Both the position numbers and the translations under genes were made by a program. Shown here in pieces: positions 15,001 through 30,479 of a stretch of DNA of 64,000 nucleotides (position 1 is the stretch's first letter; each line of letters begins with the position of its first letter). Source of the stretch: Eledone cirrhosa (Eukaryota); contig OZ024745.1 of NCBI GenBank assembly GCA_964016885.1, positions 2,542,001 through 2,606,000 on the forward strand, written 5' to 3'. The notes under the pieces are model-generated. The model searched no databases, was not told where the DNA came from, and saw nothing but the letters and a program-made list of their open reading frames with translations.

Positions 15001-18000
15001 TTCTACCTCTACATATTAGGAGAGGGCTCTAACTCTACATATTAGGATAGGTCTCTACCTCTACATATTAGGATAGGGTTCTACCTCTACATATTAGGAG
15101 AGGGCTCTAACTCTACATATTAGGATAGGTCTCTACCTCTACATATTAGAAGAGGGCTCTACCTCTACATATTAGGAGAGGGCTCTACCTCTACATATTA
15201 GGAGAGGTTTCTACCTCTACATATTAGGAGAGGGCTCTACCTCTACATATTAGGAGAGGTCTCTACCTCTACATATTAGGAGAGGGTTCTACCTCTACAT
15301 ATTAGTAGAGGGCTCTACCTCTACATATTAGGAGAGGGCTCTACCTCTACATATTAGGAGAGATTTCTACCTCTACATATTAGGAGAGGGCTCTACCTCT
15401 ACATATTATGAGAGGACTCTACATATTAGGAGAGCGCTCTACCTCTACATATTAGGAGAGGGCTCTACCTCTATAAGGAGAAGGCTCTACCTCTACATAT
15501 TATGAGAGGGCTCTACATATTAGGAGAGGGTTCTACCTCTACATATTAGGAAAGGGCTCTACATATTAGGAGAGGGCTCTACCTCTACATATTAGGAGAG
15601 GGATCTACATATTAGGAGAGGGCTCTACCTCTACATATTAGGAGAGGGATCTACATATTAGGAGAGGGCTCTACCTCTACATATTAGGAGAAGACTCTAC
15701 CTCTACATATTAGGAGAAGGCTCTACATATTAGGAGAAGGCTCTACCTCTACATATTAGGACAGGGTTCTACCTCTACATATTAGGAGGGGGCTCTACAT
15801 ATTAAGCGACGGCTCTACATATTAGGAGAGGGCTCTACATATTAGGAGAGGTCTCTACCTCTACATATTAGGAGAGGGCTCTACATATTAGAATAGGTCA
15901 CTACCACTACATATTAGGAGAGGGCTCTACCTCTACATATTAGGAGAGGGCTCCACATATTAAAAGAGGTCTCTACCTCTACATATTAGGAGAGGGCTCT
16001 ACCTCTACATATTAGGAGAGGGCTCTACCTCTACAAATTAGGAGGGGTCTCTACCTCTACATATTAGGAGAAGACTCTACCTCTACATATTAGGAGAAGG
16101 CTCTACAAATTAGGAGAGGGTTCTACCTCTCTATATAACGAGAGGGTTCTACCTCTCTATATAACGAGAGGGTTCTACCTCTACATATTAGGAGAGGGGT
16201 CTACCTCTACATATCAGGAGAGGGCTCTACATATTACGAGAGGGCTCTACCTCTATATATTAGGAGAGGGCTCTACCTCTACATATTATGAGAGGGCTCT
16301 ACATATTAGGAGAGGGCTCTACATATTAGGCTCTACCTCTACATATTAGGAGAGTGCTCTACCTCTCTATATTCGGAGAAGGCTCTACCTCTACATATTA
16401 TGAGAGAGTTCTAAATCTACATATTAGGAGAGGGCTCTACATATTAGGAGAGGTCTCTACCTCTACATATTAGGAGAGGGCTCTACCTCTACATATTAGA
16501 AGAGGGCTCTACATATTAGGAGAGGTCTCCACCTCTATATATTAGGAGAGGGCTCTACCTCTACATATTATGAGAGTGCTCTACATATTAGGAGAGGGCT
16601 CTACATATTAGGAGAGGGCTCTACCTCTACATATTAGGAGAGGGCTCTACATAGTTTGAGAGGGCTCTACCTCTATATATTAGGAGAAGGCTCTACCTCT
16701 ACATATTATGAGAGGGTTCTACATCTACATATTAGGAGAGGGCTCTACATATTAGGAGAGGGCTCTACCACTACATATTAGGAGAGGTCTCTACCTCTAC
16801 ATATTAGGAGAGGGTTCTACCTCTACATATTAGGCGAGGGCTCTACATATTAGGAGAGGGCTCTACATATTAGGAGAGGTCTCTACCTCTACATATTAGG
16901 AGAGGGCTCTACCTCTACATATTAGGAGAGGGCTCTACCTCTACATATTATGAGAGGGCTCTACATATTAGGAGAGGGCTCTACATATTAGGAGTGTGCT
17001 CTACCTCTACATATTAGTAGAGGGCTCTACATAGTTTGAGAGGGCTCTACCTCTATATATAAGGAGAAGGCTCTACCTCTACATATTATGAGAGGGTTCT
17101 ACATCTACATATTAGGAGAGGGCTCTACATAGTAGGAGAGGGCTCTACCACTACATATTAGGAGAGGGCTCTACATATTACGAGAGGGCTCTACCTCTAC
17201 ATATTAGGAGAGGGCTCTACTTCTACATATTATGAGAGGGCTCTACATATTAGGAGAGGTCTCTACATATTAGGAGAGGGCCCTACCTCTACATATTAGG
17301 AGAGGTTTCTACCTCTACATATTACGAGAGGGCTCTACCTCTACATATTAGGAGAGGGCTCTACCTCTACATATTAGGATAGGTCTCTACCTCTACATAT
17401 TAGGAGAGGGTTCTACCTCTACATATTAGGAGAGGGCTCTACCTCTACATATTAGGAGAGGGCTCTACCTCTACATATTAGGAGAGGTTTCTACCTCTAC
17501 ATATTAGGAGAGGGCTCTACCTCTACATATTATGAGAGGGCTCTACATATTAGGAGAGCGCTCTACCTCTACATATTAGGAGAGGGCTCTACCTCTATAA
17601 GGAGAAGGCTCTACCTCTACATATTATGAGAGGGCTCTACATATTAGGAGAGGGTTCTACCTCTTCATATTAGGAAAGGGCTCTACATATTAGGAGAGGG
17701 TTCTACCTCTACATATTAGGAGAGGGATCTACATATTATGAGAAGGCTCTACATATTAGGAGAGCGCTCTACCTCTACATATTAGGAGAGGGCTCTACCT
17801 CTATAAGGAGAAGGCTCTACCTCTACATATTATGAGAGGGCTCTACCTCTACATATTAGGAGAAGGCTCTACATATTAGGAGAAGGATCTACCTCTACAT
17901 ATTAGGAGAGGGTTCTACCTCTACATATTAGGAGGGGGCTCTACATATTAAGCGACGGCTCTACATATTAGGAGAGTGCTCTACATATTAGGAGAGGTCT

Positions 18001-19500
18001 CTACCTCTACATATTAGGAGAGGGCTCTACATATTAGTATAGGTCTCTACCACTACATATTAGGAGAGGGCTCTATCTCTACATATTAGGAGAGGGCTCC
18101 ACATATTAGGAGAGGTCTCTACCTCTACATATTAGGAGAGGGCTCTACCTCTACATATTAGGAGTGGGCTCTACATATTAGGAGAGGGTTCTACCTCTAC
18201 ATATTAGGAGAAGGCTCTACATATTAGGAGAGGGTTCTACCTCTACATATTAGGAGAAGGCTCTACCTCTACATATTAGGAGAGGTCTCTACCTCTACAT
18301 ATTAGGAGAGGATTCTACCTCTACATATTAGGAGAGGGTTCTACCTCTACATATTAGGAGAGGGCTCTAACTCTACATATTAGGATAGGTCTCTACCTCT
18401 ACATATTAGGATAGGGTTCTACCTCTACATATTAGGAGAGGGCTCTAACTCTACATATTAGGATAGGTCTCTACCTCTACATATTAGAAGAGGGCTCTAC
18501 CTCTACATATTAGGAGAGGGCTCTACCTCTACATATTAGGAGAGGTTTCTACCTCTACATATTAGGAGAGGGCTCTACCTCTACATATTAGGAGAGGTCT
18601 CTACCTCTACATATTAGGAGAGGGTTCTACCTCTACATATTAGTAGAGGGCTCTACCTCTACATATTAGGAGAGGGCTCTACCTCTACATATTAGGAGAG
18701 ATTTCTACCTCTACATATTAGGAGAGGGCTCTAAATATTAGGAGAGGGCTCTACCTCTATATATTAGGAGAGGGCTCTACCTCTACATATTATGAGAAGG
18801 CTCTACATATTAGGAGAGGGCTTTACCTCTACATATTAGGAGAGGGCTCTACCTCTATATATTAGGAGAAGGCTCTACCTCTACATATTATGAGAGGTTA
18901 TACATCTACATATTAGGAGAGGGCTCTACATATTAGGAGAGGGTGCTACCTCTACATATTAGGAAAGGGCTCTGCATATTAGGAGAGGGCTCTACCTCTA
19001 CATATTAGGAGAGGGCTCTACATATTAGGAGATGGCTCTACCTCTGCATATTAGGAGAGGGCTCTACCTCTACATATTAGGAGAGGGCTCTACCTCTATA
19101 TATTAGGAGAGGGTTCTACCTCTACATATTAGGAGAGGGCTCTACATATTAGGAGAGGGCTCCACATATTAGGAGAGGTCTCTACCTCTACATATTAGGA
19201 GAAGGCTCTACCTCTACATATTAGGAGAAGGCTCTACATATTAGGAGAGGGTTCTACCTCTACATATTAGGAGAGGGTCCTACCTCTACATATTAGGAGA
19301 GGGCTCTACATATTACGAGAGGGCTCTACCTCTACATATTAGGAGAGGTTTCTACCTCCACATATTAGGAGAGGGCTCTACCTCTACATATTAGGAGAGG
19401 TCTCTACCTCTAAATATTAGGAGAGGGTTCTACCTCTACATATTAGGAGAGGGCTCTACCTCTACATATTAGGAGAGGGCTCTACCTCTACATATTAGGA
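3030..19500. repeat. Higher-order tandem duplication in the satellite, period 8230 bp, each copy containing an internal ~3.3-kb duplication
   Basis: Rare variant ataggtcact occurs at 4351, 7663, 12581 and 15893. ctcttcatat occurs at 6093, 9431, 14323 and 17661. Offsets are 8230 and 3312-3338. Boundaries are approximate. Confidence 0.9.
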
Positions 19501-21839
19501 GAGGTTTCTACCTCTACATATTAGGAGAGGGCTCTACCTCTACATATTATGAGAGGACTCTACATATTAGGAGAGCGCTCTACCTCTACATATTAGGAGA
19601 GGGCTCTACCTCTATAAGGAGAAGGCTCTACCTCTACATATTATGAGAGGGCTCTACATATTAGGAGAGGGTTCTACCTCTACATATTAGGAAAGGGCTC
19701 TACATATTAGGAGAGGGCTCTACCTCTACATATTAGGAGAGGGATCTACATATTAGGAGAGGGCTCTACCTCTACATATTAGGAGAGGGATCTACATATT
19801 AGGAGAGGGCTCTACCTCTACATATTAGGAGAAGACTCTACCTCTACATATTAGGAGAAGGCTCTACATATTAGGAGAAGGCTCTACCTCTACATATTAG
19901 GAGAGGGTTCTACCTCTACATATTAGGAGGGGGCTCTACATATTAAGCGACGGCTCTACATATTAGGAGAGGGCTCTACATATTAGGAGAGGTCTCTACC
20001 TCTACATATTAGGAGAGGGCTCTACATATTAGAATAGGTCTCTACCACTACATATTAGGAGAGGGCTCTACCTCTACATATTAGGAGAGGGCTCCACATA
20101 TTAAAAGAGGTCTCTACCTCTACATATTAGGAGAGGGCTCTACCTCTACATATTAGGAGAGGGCTCTACCTCTACAAATTAGGAGGGGTCTCTACCTCTA
20201 CATATTAGGAGAAGACTCTACCTCTACATATTAGGAGAAGGCTCTACAAATTAGGAGAGGGTTCTACCTCTCTATATAACGAGAGGGTTCTACCTCTACA
20301 TATTAGGAGAGGGGTCTACCTCTACATATCAGGAGAGGGCTCTACATATTACGAGAGGGCTCTACCTCTATATATTAGGAGAGGGCTCTACCTCTACATA
20401 TTATGAGAGGGCTCTACATATTAGGAGAGGGCTCTACATATTAGGCTCTACCTCTACATATTAGGAGAGGGCTCTACCTCTCTATATTCGGAGAAGGCTC
20501 TACCTCTACATATTATGAGAGAGTTCTAAATCTACATATTAGGAGAGGGCTCTACATATTAGGAGAGGTCTCTACCTCTACATATTAGGAGAGGGCTCTA
20601 CCTCTACATATTAGAAGAGGGCTCTACATATTAGGAGAGGTCTCTACCTCTATATAATAGGAGAGGGCTCTACCTCTACATATTATGAGAGTGCTCTACA
20701 TATTAGGAGAGGGCTCTACATTGTTTGAGAGGGCTCTACCTCTATATATTAGGAGAAGGCTCTACCTCTACATATTATGAGAGGGTTCTACATCTACATA
20801 TTTGGAGAGGGCTCTACATATTAGGAGAGGGCTCTACCACTACATATTAGGAGAGGTCTCTACCTCTACATATTAGGAGAGGGTTCTACCTCTACATATT
20901 AGGCGAGGGCTCTACATATTAGGAGAGGGCTCTACATATTAGGAGAGGTCTCTACCTCTACATATTAGGAGAGGGCTCTACCTCTACATATTAGGAGAGG
21001 GCTCTACCTCTACATATTATGAGAGGGCTCTACATATTAGGAGAGGGCTCTACATATTAGGAGTGTGCTCTACCTCTACATATTAGTAGAGGGCTCTACA
21101 TAGTTTGAGAGGGCTCTACCTCTATATATAAGGAGAAGGCTCTACCTCTACATATTATGAGAGGGTTCTACATCTACATATTAGGAGAGGGCTCTACATA
21201 GTAGGAGAGGGCTCTACCACTACATATTAGGAGAGGGCTCTACATATTACGAGAGGGCTCTACCTCTACATATTAGGAGAGGGCTCTACCTCTACATATT
21301 ATGAGAGGGCTCTACATATTAGGAGAGGTCTCTACATATTAGGAGAGGGCCCTACCTCTACATATTAGGAGAGGTTTCTACCTCTACATATTAGGAGAGG
21401 GCTCTACCTCTACATATTAGGAGAGGTCTCTACCTCTACATATTAGGAGAGGGATCTACCTCTACATATTAGGAGAGGGCTCTACCTCTACATATTAGGA
21501 GAGGGCTCTACCTCTACATATTAGGAGAGGTTTCTACCTCTACATATTAGAAGAGGGCTCTACCTCTATAAGGAGAAGGCTCTACCTCTACATATTAGGA
21601 GAGGGATCTACATATTATGAGAGGGCTCTACATATTAGGAGAGCGCTCTACCTCTACATATTAGGAGAGGGCTCTACCTCTATAAGGAGAAGGCTCTACC
21701 TCTACATATTATGAGAGGGCTCTACCTCTACATATTAGGAGAAGGATCTACCTCTACATATTAGGAGAGGGTTCTACCTCTACATATTAGGAGGGGGCTC
21801 TACACATTAAGCGACGGCTCTACATATTAGGAGAGTGCT

Positions 21840-24800
21840 CTACTCTACATATTAGGAGAGGGCTCTACCTCTACATATTAGACGAGGGCTCTACATATTA
21901 GGTGAGTGTTCTACCTCTACATATTAGGAGAGGGCTCTACATATTAGGAGAGGGCTCTACCTCTACATATTAGGAGAGAGCTCTACCTCTACATATTAGG
22001 AGAGGGCTCAACATATTAGGAGAGGGCTCTACCTCTACATATTAGGAGAAGGCTCTACCTCTACATATTAGGAGAAGGCTCTACATATTAGGAGAAGGTT
22101 CTACATCTACATATTAGGAGAGGGCTCTACCTCTACATATTAGGAGAGGGCTCTACATATTAAGCGAGGGCTCTACATATTAGGAGAGGGCTCTACATAT
22201 TAGGAGAGGTCTCTACCACTACATGTTAGGAGAGGGCTCTACCTCTACATATTAGGAGAGGTCTCTACCTCTACATATTAGGAGAAGGCTCTAACTCTAC
22301 ATATTAGGAGAAGGCTCTACATATTAGGAGAGGGTTTTACCTCTACATATTAGGAGAAGGCTCTACCTCTACATATTAGGAGAGGTCTCTACCTCTACAT
22401 ATTAGGAGAGGATTCTACCTCTACATATTAGGGGAGGGTTCTACCTCTACATATTAGGAGAGGGCTCTAACTCTACATATTAGGAGAGGTTTCTACCTCT
22501 ACATATTAGGAGAGGGTTCTACCTCTACATATTAGGAGAGGGCTCTACCTCTACATATTAGGAGAGGGCTCTACCTCTACATATTAGGAGAGGTTTCTAC
22601 CTCTACATATTAGGAGAGGGCTCTACCTCTACACATTAGGAGAGGTCTCTACCTCTACATATTAGGAGAGGGTTCTACCTCTACATATTAGTAGAGGGCT
22701 CTACCTCTACATATTAGGAGAGGGCTCTACCTCTACATATTAGGAGAGATTTCTACCTCTACATATTAGGAGAGGGCTCTAAATATTAGGAGAGGGCTCT
22801 ACCTCTATATATTAGGAGAGGGCTCTACCTCTACATATTATGAGAGGGCTCTACATATTAGGAGAGGGCTTTACCTCTACATATTAGGAGAGGGCTCTAC
22901 CTCTATATATTAGGAGAAGGCTCTACCTCTGCATATTATGAGAGGTTATACATCTACATATTAGGAGAGGGCTCTACATATTAGGAGAGGGTGCTACCTC
23001 TACATATTAGGAAAGGGCTCTGCATATTAGGAGAGGGCTCTACCTCTACATATTAGGAGAGGGCTCTACATATTAGGAGATGGCTCTACCTCTGCATATT
23101 AGGAGAGGGCTCTACCTCTACATATTAGGAGAGGGCTCTACATATTAGGAGAGGTCTCTACCTCTACATATTAGGAGAGGGCTCTACCTCTATATATTAG
23201 GAGAGGGTTCTACCTCTACATATTAGGAGAGGGCTCTACATATTAGGAGAGGTCTCTACCACTACATATTAGGAGAGGGCTCCACATATTAGGAGAGGTC
23301 TCTACCTCTACATATTAGGAGAAGGCTCTACCTCTACATATTAGGAGAAGGCTCTACATATTAGGAGAGGGTTCTACCTCTACATATTAGTAGAGGGTCC
23401 TACCTCTACATATTAGGAGAGGGCTCTACATATTACAAGAGGGCTCTACCTCTACATATTAGGAGAGGTTTCTACCTCCACATATTAGGAGAGGGCTCTA
23501 ACTCTACATATTAGGAGAGGTCTCTACCTCTACATATTAGGAGAGGGTTCTACCTCTACATATTAGGAGAGGGCTCTATCTCTACATATTAGGAGAGGGC
23601 TCTACCTCTACATATTAGGAGAGGTTTCTACCTCTACATATTAGGAGAGGGCTCTACCTCTACCTATTATGAGAGGGCTCTACATATTAGGAGAGCGCTC
23701 TACCCCTACATATTAGGAGAGGGCTCTACCTCTATAAGGAGAAGGCTCTACCTCTACATATTATGAGAGGGCTCTACATATTAGGAGAGGGTTCTACCTC
23801 TACATATTAGGAAAGGGCTCTACATATTAGGAGAGGGCTCTACCTCTACATATTAGGAGAGGGATCTACATATTGGGAGAGGGCTCTACCTCTACATATT
23901 AGGAGAGGGATCTACATATTAGGAGAGGGCTCTACCTCTACATATTAGGAGAAGACTCTACCTCTACATATTAGGAGAAGGCTCTACATATTAGGAGAAG
24001 GCTCTACCTCTACATATTAGGAGAGGGTTCTACCTCTACATATTAGGAGGGGGCTCTACATATTAAGCGACGGCTCTACATATTAGGAGAGGGCTCTACA
24101 TATTAGGAGAGGTCTCTACCTCTACATATTAGGAGAGGGCTCTACATATTAGAATAGGTCTCTACCACTACATATTAGGAGAGGGCTCTACCTCTACATA
24201 TTAGGAGAGGGCTCCACATATTAAAAGAGGTCTCTACCTCTACATATTAGGAGAGGGCTCTACCTCTACATATTAGGAGAGGGCTCTACCTCTACAAATT
24301 AGGAGGGGTCTCTACCTCTACATATTAGGAGAAGACTCTACCTCTACATATTAGGAGAAGGCTCTACAAATTAGGAGAGGGTTCTACCTCTCTATATAAC
24401 GAGAGGGTTCTACCTCTACATATTAGGAGAGGGGTCTACCTCTACATATCAGGAGAGGGCTCTACATATTACGAGAGGGCTCTACCTCTATATATTAGGA
24501 GAGGGCTCTACTCTACATATTAGGAGAGGGCTCTACCTCTACATATTAGACGAGGGCTCTACATATTAGGTGAGTGTTCTACCTCTACATATTAGGAGAG
24601 GGCTCTACATATTAGGAGAGGGCTCTACCTCTACATATTAGGAGAGAGCTTTACCTCTACATATTAGGAGAGGGCTCAACATATTAGGAGAGGGCTCTAC
24701 CTCTACATATTAGGAGAAGGCTCTACCTCTACATATTAGGAGAAGGCTCTACATATTAGGAGAAGGTTCTACATCTACATATTAGGAGAGGGCTCTACCT

Positions 24801-26560
24801 GTACATATTAGGAGAGGGCTCTACATATTAAGCGAGGGCTCTACATATTAGGAGAGGGCTCTACATATTAGGAGAGGTCTCTACCACTACATGTTAGGAG
24901 AGGGCTCTACCTCTACATATTAGGAGAGGTCTCTACCTCTACATATTAGGAGAAGGCTCTAACTCTACATATTAGGAGAAGGCTCTACATATTAGGAGAG
25001 GGTTTTACCTCTACATATTAGGAGAAGGCTCTACCTCTACATATTAGGAGAGGTCTCTACCTCTACATATTAGGAGAGGATTCTACCTCTACATATTAGG
25101 AGAGGGTTCTACCTCTACATATTAGGAGAGGGCTCTAACTCTACATATTAGGAGAGGTTTCTACCTCTACATATTAGGAGAGGGTTCTACCTCTACATAT
25201 TAGGAGAGGGCTCTACCTCTACATATTAGGAGAGGGCTCTACCTCTACATATTAGGAGAGGTTGCTACCTCTACATATTAGGAGAGGGCTCTACCTCTAC
25301 ACATTAGGAGAGGTCTCTACCTCTACATATTAGGAGAGGGTTCTACCTCTACATATTAGTAGAGGGCTCTACCTCTACATATTAGGAGAGGGCTCTACCT
25401 CTACATATTAGGAGAGATTTCTACCTCTACATATTAGGAGAGGGCTCTAAATATTAGGAGAGGGCTCTACCTCTATATATTAGGAGAGGGCTCTACCTCT
25501 ACATATTATGAGAGGGCTCTACATATTAGGAGAGGGCTTTACCTCTACATATTAGGAGAGGGCTCTACCTCTATATATTAGGAGAAGGCTCTACCTCTAC
25601 ATATTATGAGAGGTTATACATCTACATATTAGGAGAGGGCTCTACATATTAGGAGAGGGTGCTACCTCTACATATTAGGAAAGGGCTCTGCATATTAGGA
25701 GAGGGCTCTACCTCTACATATTAGGAGAGGGCTCTACATATTAGGAGATGGCTCTACCTCTGCATATTAGGAGAGGGCTCTACCTCTACATATTAGGAGA
25801 GGGCTCTACATATTAGGAGAGGTCTCTACCTCTACATATTAGGAGAGGGCTCTACCTCTATATATTAGGAGAGGGTTCTACCTCTACATATTAGGAGAGG
25901 GCTCTACATATTAGGAGAGGTCTCTACCACTACATATTAGGAGAGGGCTCCACATATTAGGAGAGGTCTCTACCTCTACATATTAGGAGAAGGCTCTACC
26001 TCTACATATTAGGAGAAGGCTCTACATATTAGGAGAGGGCTCTACCTCTATATATTAGGAGAGGGTTCTACCTCTACATATTAGGAGAGGGCTCTACATA
26101 TTACGAGAGGGCTCTACCTCTACATATTAGGAGAGGTTTCTACCTCCACATATTAGGAGAGGGCTCTAACTCTACATATTAGGAGAGGTCTCTACCTCTA
26201 CATATTAGGAGAGGGTTCTACCTCTACATATTAGGAGAGGGCTCTACCTCTACATATTAGGAGAGGGCTCTACCTCTACACATTAGGAGAGGTTTCTACC
26301 TCTACATATTAGGAGAGGGCTCTACCTCTACCTATTATGAGAGGGCTCTACATATTAGGAGAGCGCTCTACCCCTACATATTAGGAGAGGGCTCTACCTC
26401 TATAAGGAGAAGGCTCTACCTCTACATATTATGAGAGGGCTCTACATATTAGGAGAGGGTTCTACCTCTACATATTAGGAAAGGGCTCTACATATTAGGA
26501 GAGGGCTCTACCTCTACATATTAGGAGAGGGATCTACATATTGGGAGAGGGCTCTACCTC
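21840..26560. repeat. Higher-order duplication in the satellite, offset ~2668 bp
   Basis: gacgagggct...ggtgagtgtt at 21881 and 24549, followed by the same ordered series of variant monomers. Boundaries are approximate. Confidence 0.75.
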
Positions 26561-29500
26561 TACATATTAGGAGAGGGGTCTACCTCTACATATCAGGAGA
26601 GGGCTCTACATATTACGAGAGGGCTCTACCTCTATATATTAGGAGAGGGCTCTACCTCTACATATTATGAGAGGGCTCTACATATTAGGAGAGGGATCTA
26701 CATATTAGGCTCTACCTCTACATATTAGGAGAGGGCTCTACGTCTCTATATTCGGAGAAGGCTCTACCTCTACATATTATGAGAGAGTTCTAAATCTACA
26801 TATTAGGAGAGGGCTCTACATATTAGGAGAGGTCTCTACCTCTACATATTAGGAGAGGGCTCTACCTCTACATATTAGAAGAGGGCTCTACATATTAGGA
26901 GAGGTCTCTACCTCTATATATTAGGAGAGGGCTCTACCTCTACATATTATGAGAGTGCTCTACATATTAGGAGAGGGCTCTACATGTTAGGAGAGGGCTC
27001 TACCTCTACATATTAGGAGAGGGCTCTACATAGTTTGAGAGGGCTCTACCTCTATATATTAGGAGAAGGCTCTACCTCTACATATTATGAGAGGGTTCTA
27101 CATCTACATATTAGGAGAGGGCTCTACATATTAGGAGAGGGCTCTACCACTACATATTAGGAGAGGTCTCTACCTATACATATTAGGAGAGGGTTCTACC
27201 TCTACATATTAGGCGAGGGCTCTACATATTAGGAGAGGGTTCTACCTCTACATATTAGGAGAGGGCTCTACCTCTACATATTAGGAGAGGGCTCTACCTC
27301 TACATATTAGGAGAGGTTTCTACCTCTACATATTAGGAGAGGGCTCTACCTCTACCTATTATGAGAGGGCTCTACATATTAGGAGAGCGCATTACCCCTA
27401 CATATTAGGAGAGGGCTCTACCTCTATAAGGAGAAGGCTCTACCTCTACATATTATGAGAGGGCTCTACATATTAGGAGAGGGTTCTACCTCTACATATT
27501 AGGAAAGGGCTCTACATATTAGGAGAGGGCTCTACCTCTACATATTAGGAGAGGGATCTACATATTGGGAGAGGGCTCTACCTCTACATATTAGGAGAGG
27601 GATCTACATATTAGGAGAGGGCTCTACCTCTACATATTAGGAGAAGACTCTACCTCTACATATTAGGAGAAGGCTCTACATATTAGGAGAAGGCTCTACC
27701 TCTACATATTAGGAGAGGGTTCTACCTCTACATATTAGGAGGGGGCTCTACATATTAAGCGACGGCTCTACATATTAGGAGAGGGCTCTACATATTAGGA
27801 GAGGTCTCTACCTTTACATATTAGGAGAGGGCTCTACATATTAGAATAGGTCTCTACCACTACATATTAGGAGAGGGCTCTACCTCTACATATTAGGAGA
27901 GGGCTCCACATATTAAAAGAGGTCTCTACCTCTACATATTAGGAGAGGGCTCTACCTCTACATATTAGGAGAGGGCTCTACCTCTACAAATTAGGAGGGG
28001 TCTCTACCTCTACATATTAGGAGAAGACTCTACCTCTACATATTAGGAGAAGGCTCTACAAATTAGGAGAGGGTTCTACCTCTCTATATAACGAGAGGGT
28101 TCTACCTCTACATATTAGGAGAGGGGTCTACCTCTACATATCAGGAGAGGGCTCTACATATTACGAGAGGGCTCTACCTCTATATATTAGGAGAGGGCTC
28201 TACCTCTACATATTATGAGAGGGCTCTACATATTAGGAGAGGGATCTACATATTAGGCTCTACCTCTACATATTAGGAGAGGGCTCTACCTCTCTATATT
28301 CGGAGAAGGCTCTACCTCTACATATTATGAGAGAGTTCTAAATCTACATATTAGGAGAGGGCTCTACATATTAGGAGAGGTCTCTACCTCTACATATTAG
28401 GAGAGGGCTCTACCTCTACATATTAGAAGAGGGCTCTACATATTAGGAGAGGTCTCTACCTCTATATATTAGGAGAGGGCTCTACCTCTACATATTATGA
28501 GAGTGCTCTACATATTAGGAGAGGGCTCTACATGTTAGGAGAGGGCTCTACCTCTACATATTAGGAGAGGGCTCTACATAGTTTGAGAGGGCTCTACCTC
28601 TATATATTAGGAGAAGGCTCTACCTCTACATATTATGAGAGGGTTCTACATCTACATATTAGGAGAGGGCTCTACATATTAGGAGAGGGCTCTACCACTA
28701 CATATTAGGAGAGGTCTCTACCTATACATATTAGGAGAGGGTTCTACCTCTACATATTAGGCGAGGGCTCTACATATTAGGAGAGGGCTCTACATATTAG
28801 GAGAGGTGTCTACCTCTACATATTAGGAGAGGGCTCTACCTCTACATATTAGGAGAGGGCTCTACCTCTACATATTAGAAGAGGGCTCTACATATTAGAA
28901 GAGGTCTCTACCTCTATATATCAGGAGAGGGCTCTACCTCTACATATTATGAGAGGGCTCTACATATTAGGAGTGTGCTCTACCTCTACATATTAGTAGA
29001 GGGCTCTACATAGTTTGAGAGGGCTCTACCTCTATATATAAGGAGAAGGCTCTACCTCTACATATTAGGAGAGGGTTCTACCTCTACATATTAGGCGAGG
29101 GCTCTACATATTAGGAGATGGCTCTACATATTAGGAGAGGTCTCTACCTCTACATATTAGGAGAGGTCTCTACCTCTACATATTAGGAGAAGGCTGTACC
29201 TCTACATATTGGGAGAAGGCTCTACATATTAGGAGAGGGCTCTACCTCTATATATAAGGAGAAAGCTCTACCTCTACATATTAGGAGAGGGTTCTACCTC
29301 TACATATTAGGAGAGGTCTCTACCTCTACATATTAGGAGAGGTCTCTACCTCTACATATTAGGAGCAGGCTCTACCTCTACATATTAGGAGAAGGCTCTA
29401 CATATTAGGAGAGGGTTCTACATCTACATGTTAGGAGAGGGCTCTACCTCTACATATTAGGAGAGGTCTCTACCTCTTCATATTAGGAGAGGGTTCTACC

Positions 29501-30479
29501 TCTACATATTAGGAGAGGGCTCTACCTCTACATATTAGGAGAGGGCTCTACCTCTACATATTAGGAGAGGGTTCTACCTCTACATATTATGAGAGGGCTC
29601 TACATATTAGGAGAGGGCTCTACCTCTACATATTAGGAGAAGGCTCTACCTCTATATATTAGGAGAAGGCTCTACCTCTACATATTATGAGAGGGTTATA
29701 CATCTACATATTAGGAGAGGGCTCTACCTCTACATATTAGGAGAGGGCTCTACCTCTATATATTAGGAGAAGGCTCTACCTCTACATATTATGAGAGGGT
29801 TATACATCTACATATTAGGAGAGGGCTCTACCCCTACATATTAGGAGAGGGCTCTAGCTCTACATATTATGAGGGTTCTCGACCTCTACATATTAGGAGA
29901 GGGCTCTACCTCTACATATTAGGAGAAGGCTCTACCTCTACATATTAGGAGAGGGCTATAGATATTAGGAGAGGTCTCTACCACTACATATTAGGAGAGG
30001 GCTCTACCTCTACATATTAGGAGAGGTCTCTACCTCTACATATAAGGAGAAGGCTCTACTTCTACATATTAGGAGATGGCTCTACATATTAGGAGAGGGT
30101 TCTACCTCTACATATTAGGAGAAGGCTCTACCTCTACATGTTAGGAGAGGGCTCTACATATTGGGAGAGGGCTCTACATATTAGGAGAGGGCGCTACCTC
30201 TACATAGTAGGAGAGGGCTCTACCTCTACATATTAGGAGAGGGCTCTACCTCTAGATATTAGGAGAGGGCTCTACCTCTACATATTAGGAGAGGGCTTTA
30301 CATCTACATATTAGGAGAGGGCTCTACCTCTACATATTAGGAGAGGGCTCTACCTCTACATATTAGGAGAGGGCTTTACATCTACATATTAGGAGAGGGC
30401 TCTACCTCTACATATTAGGAGAGGTCTCTACCTCTACATATTAGGAGAGGGTTCTACCTCTACATATTAGGAGAGGGCT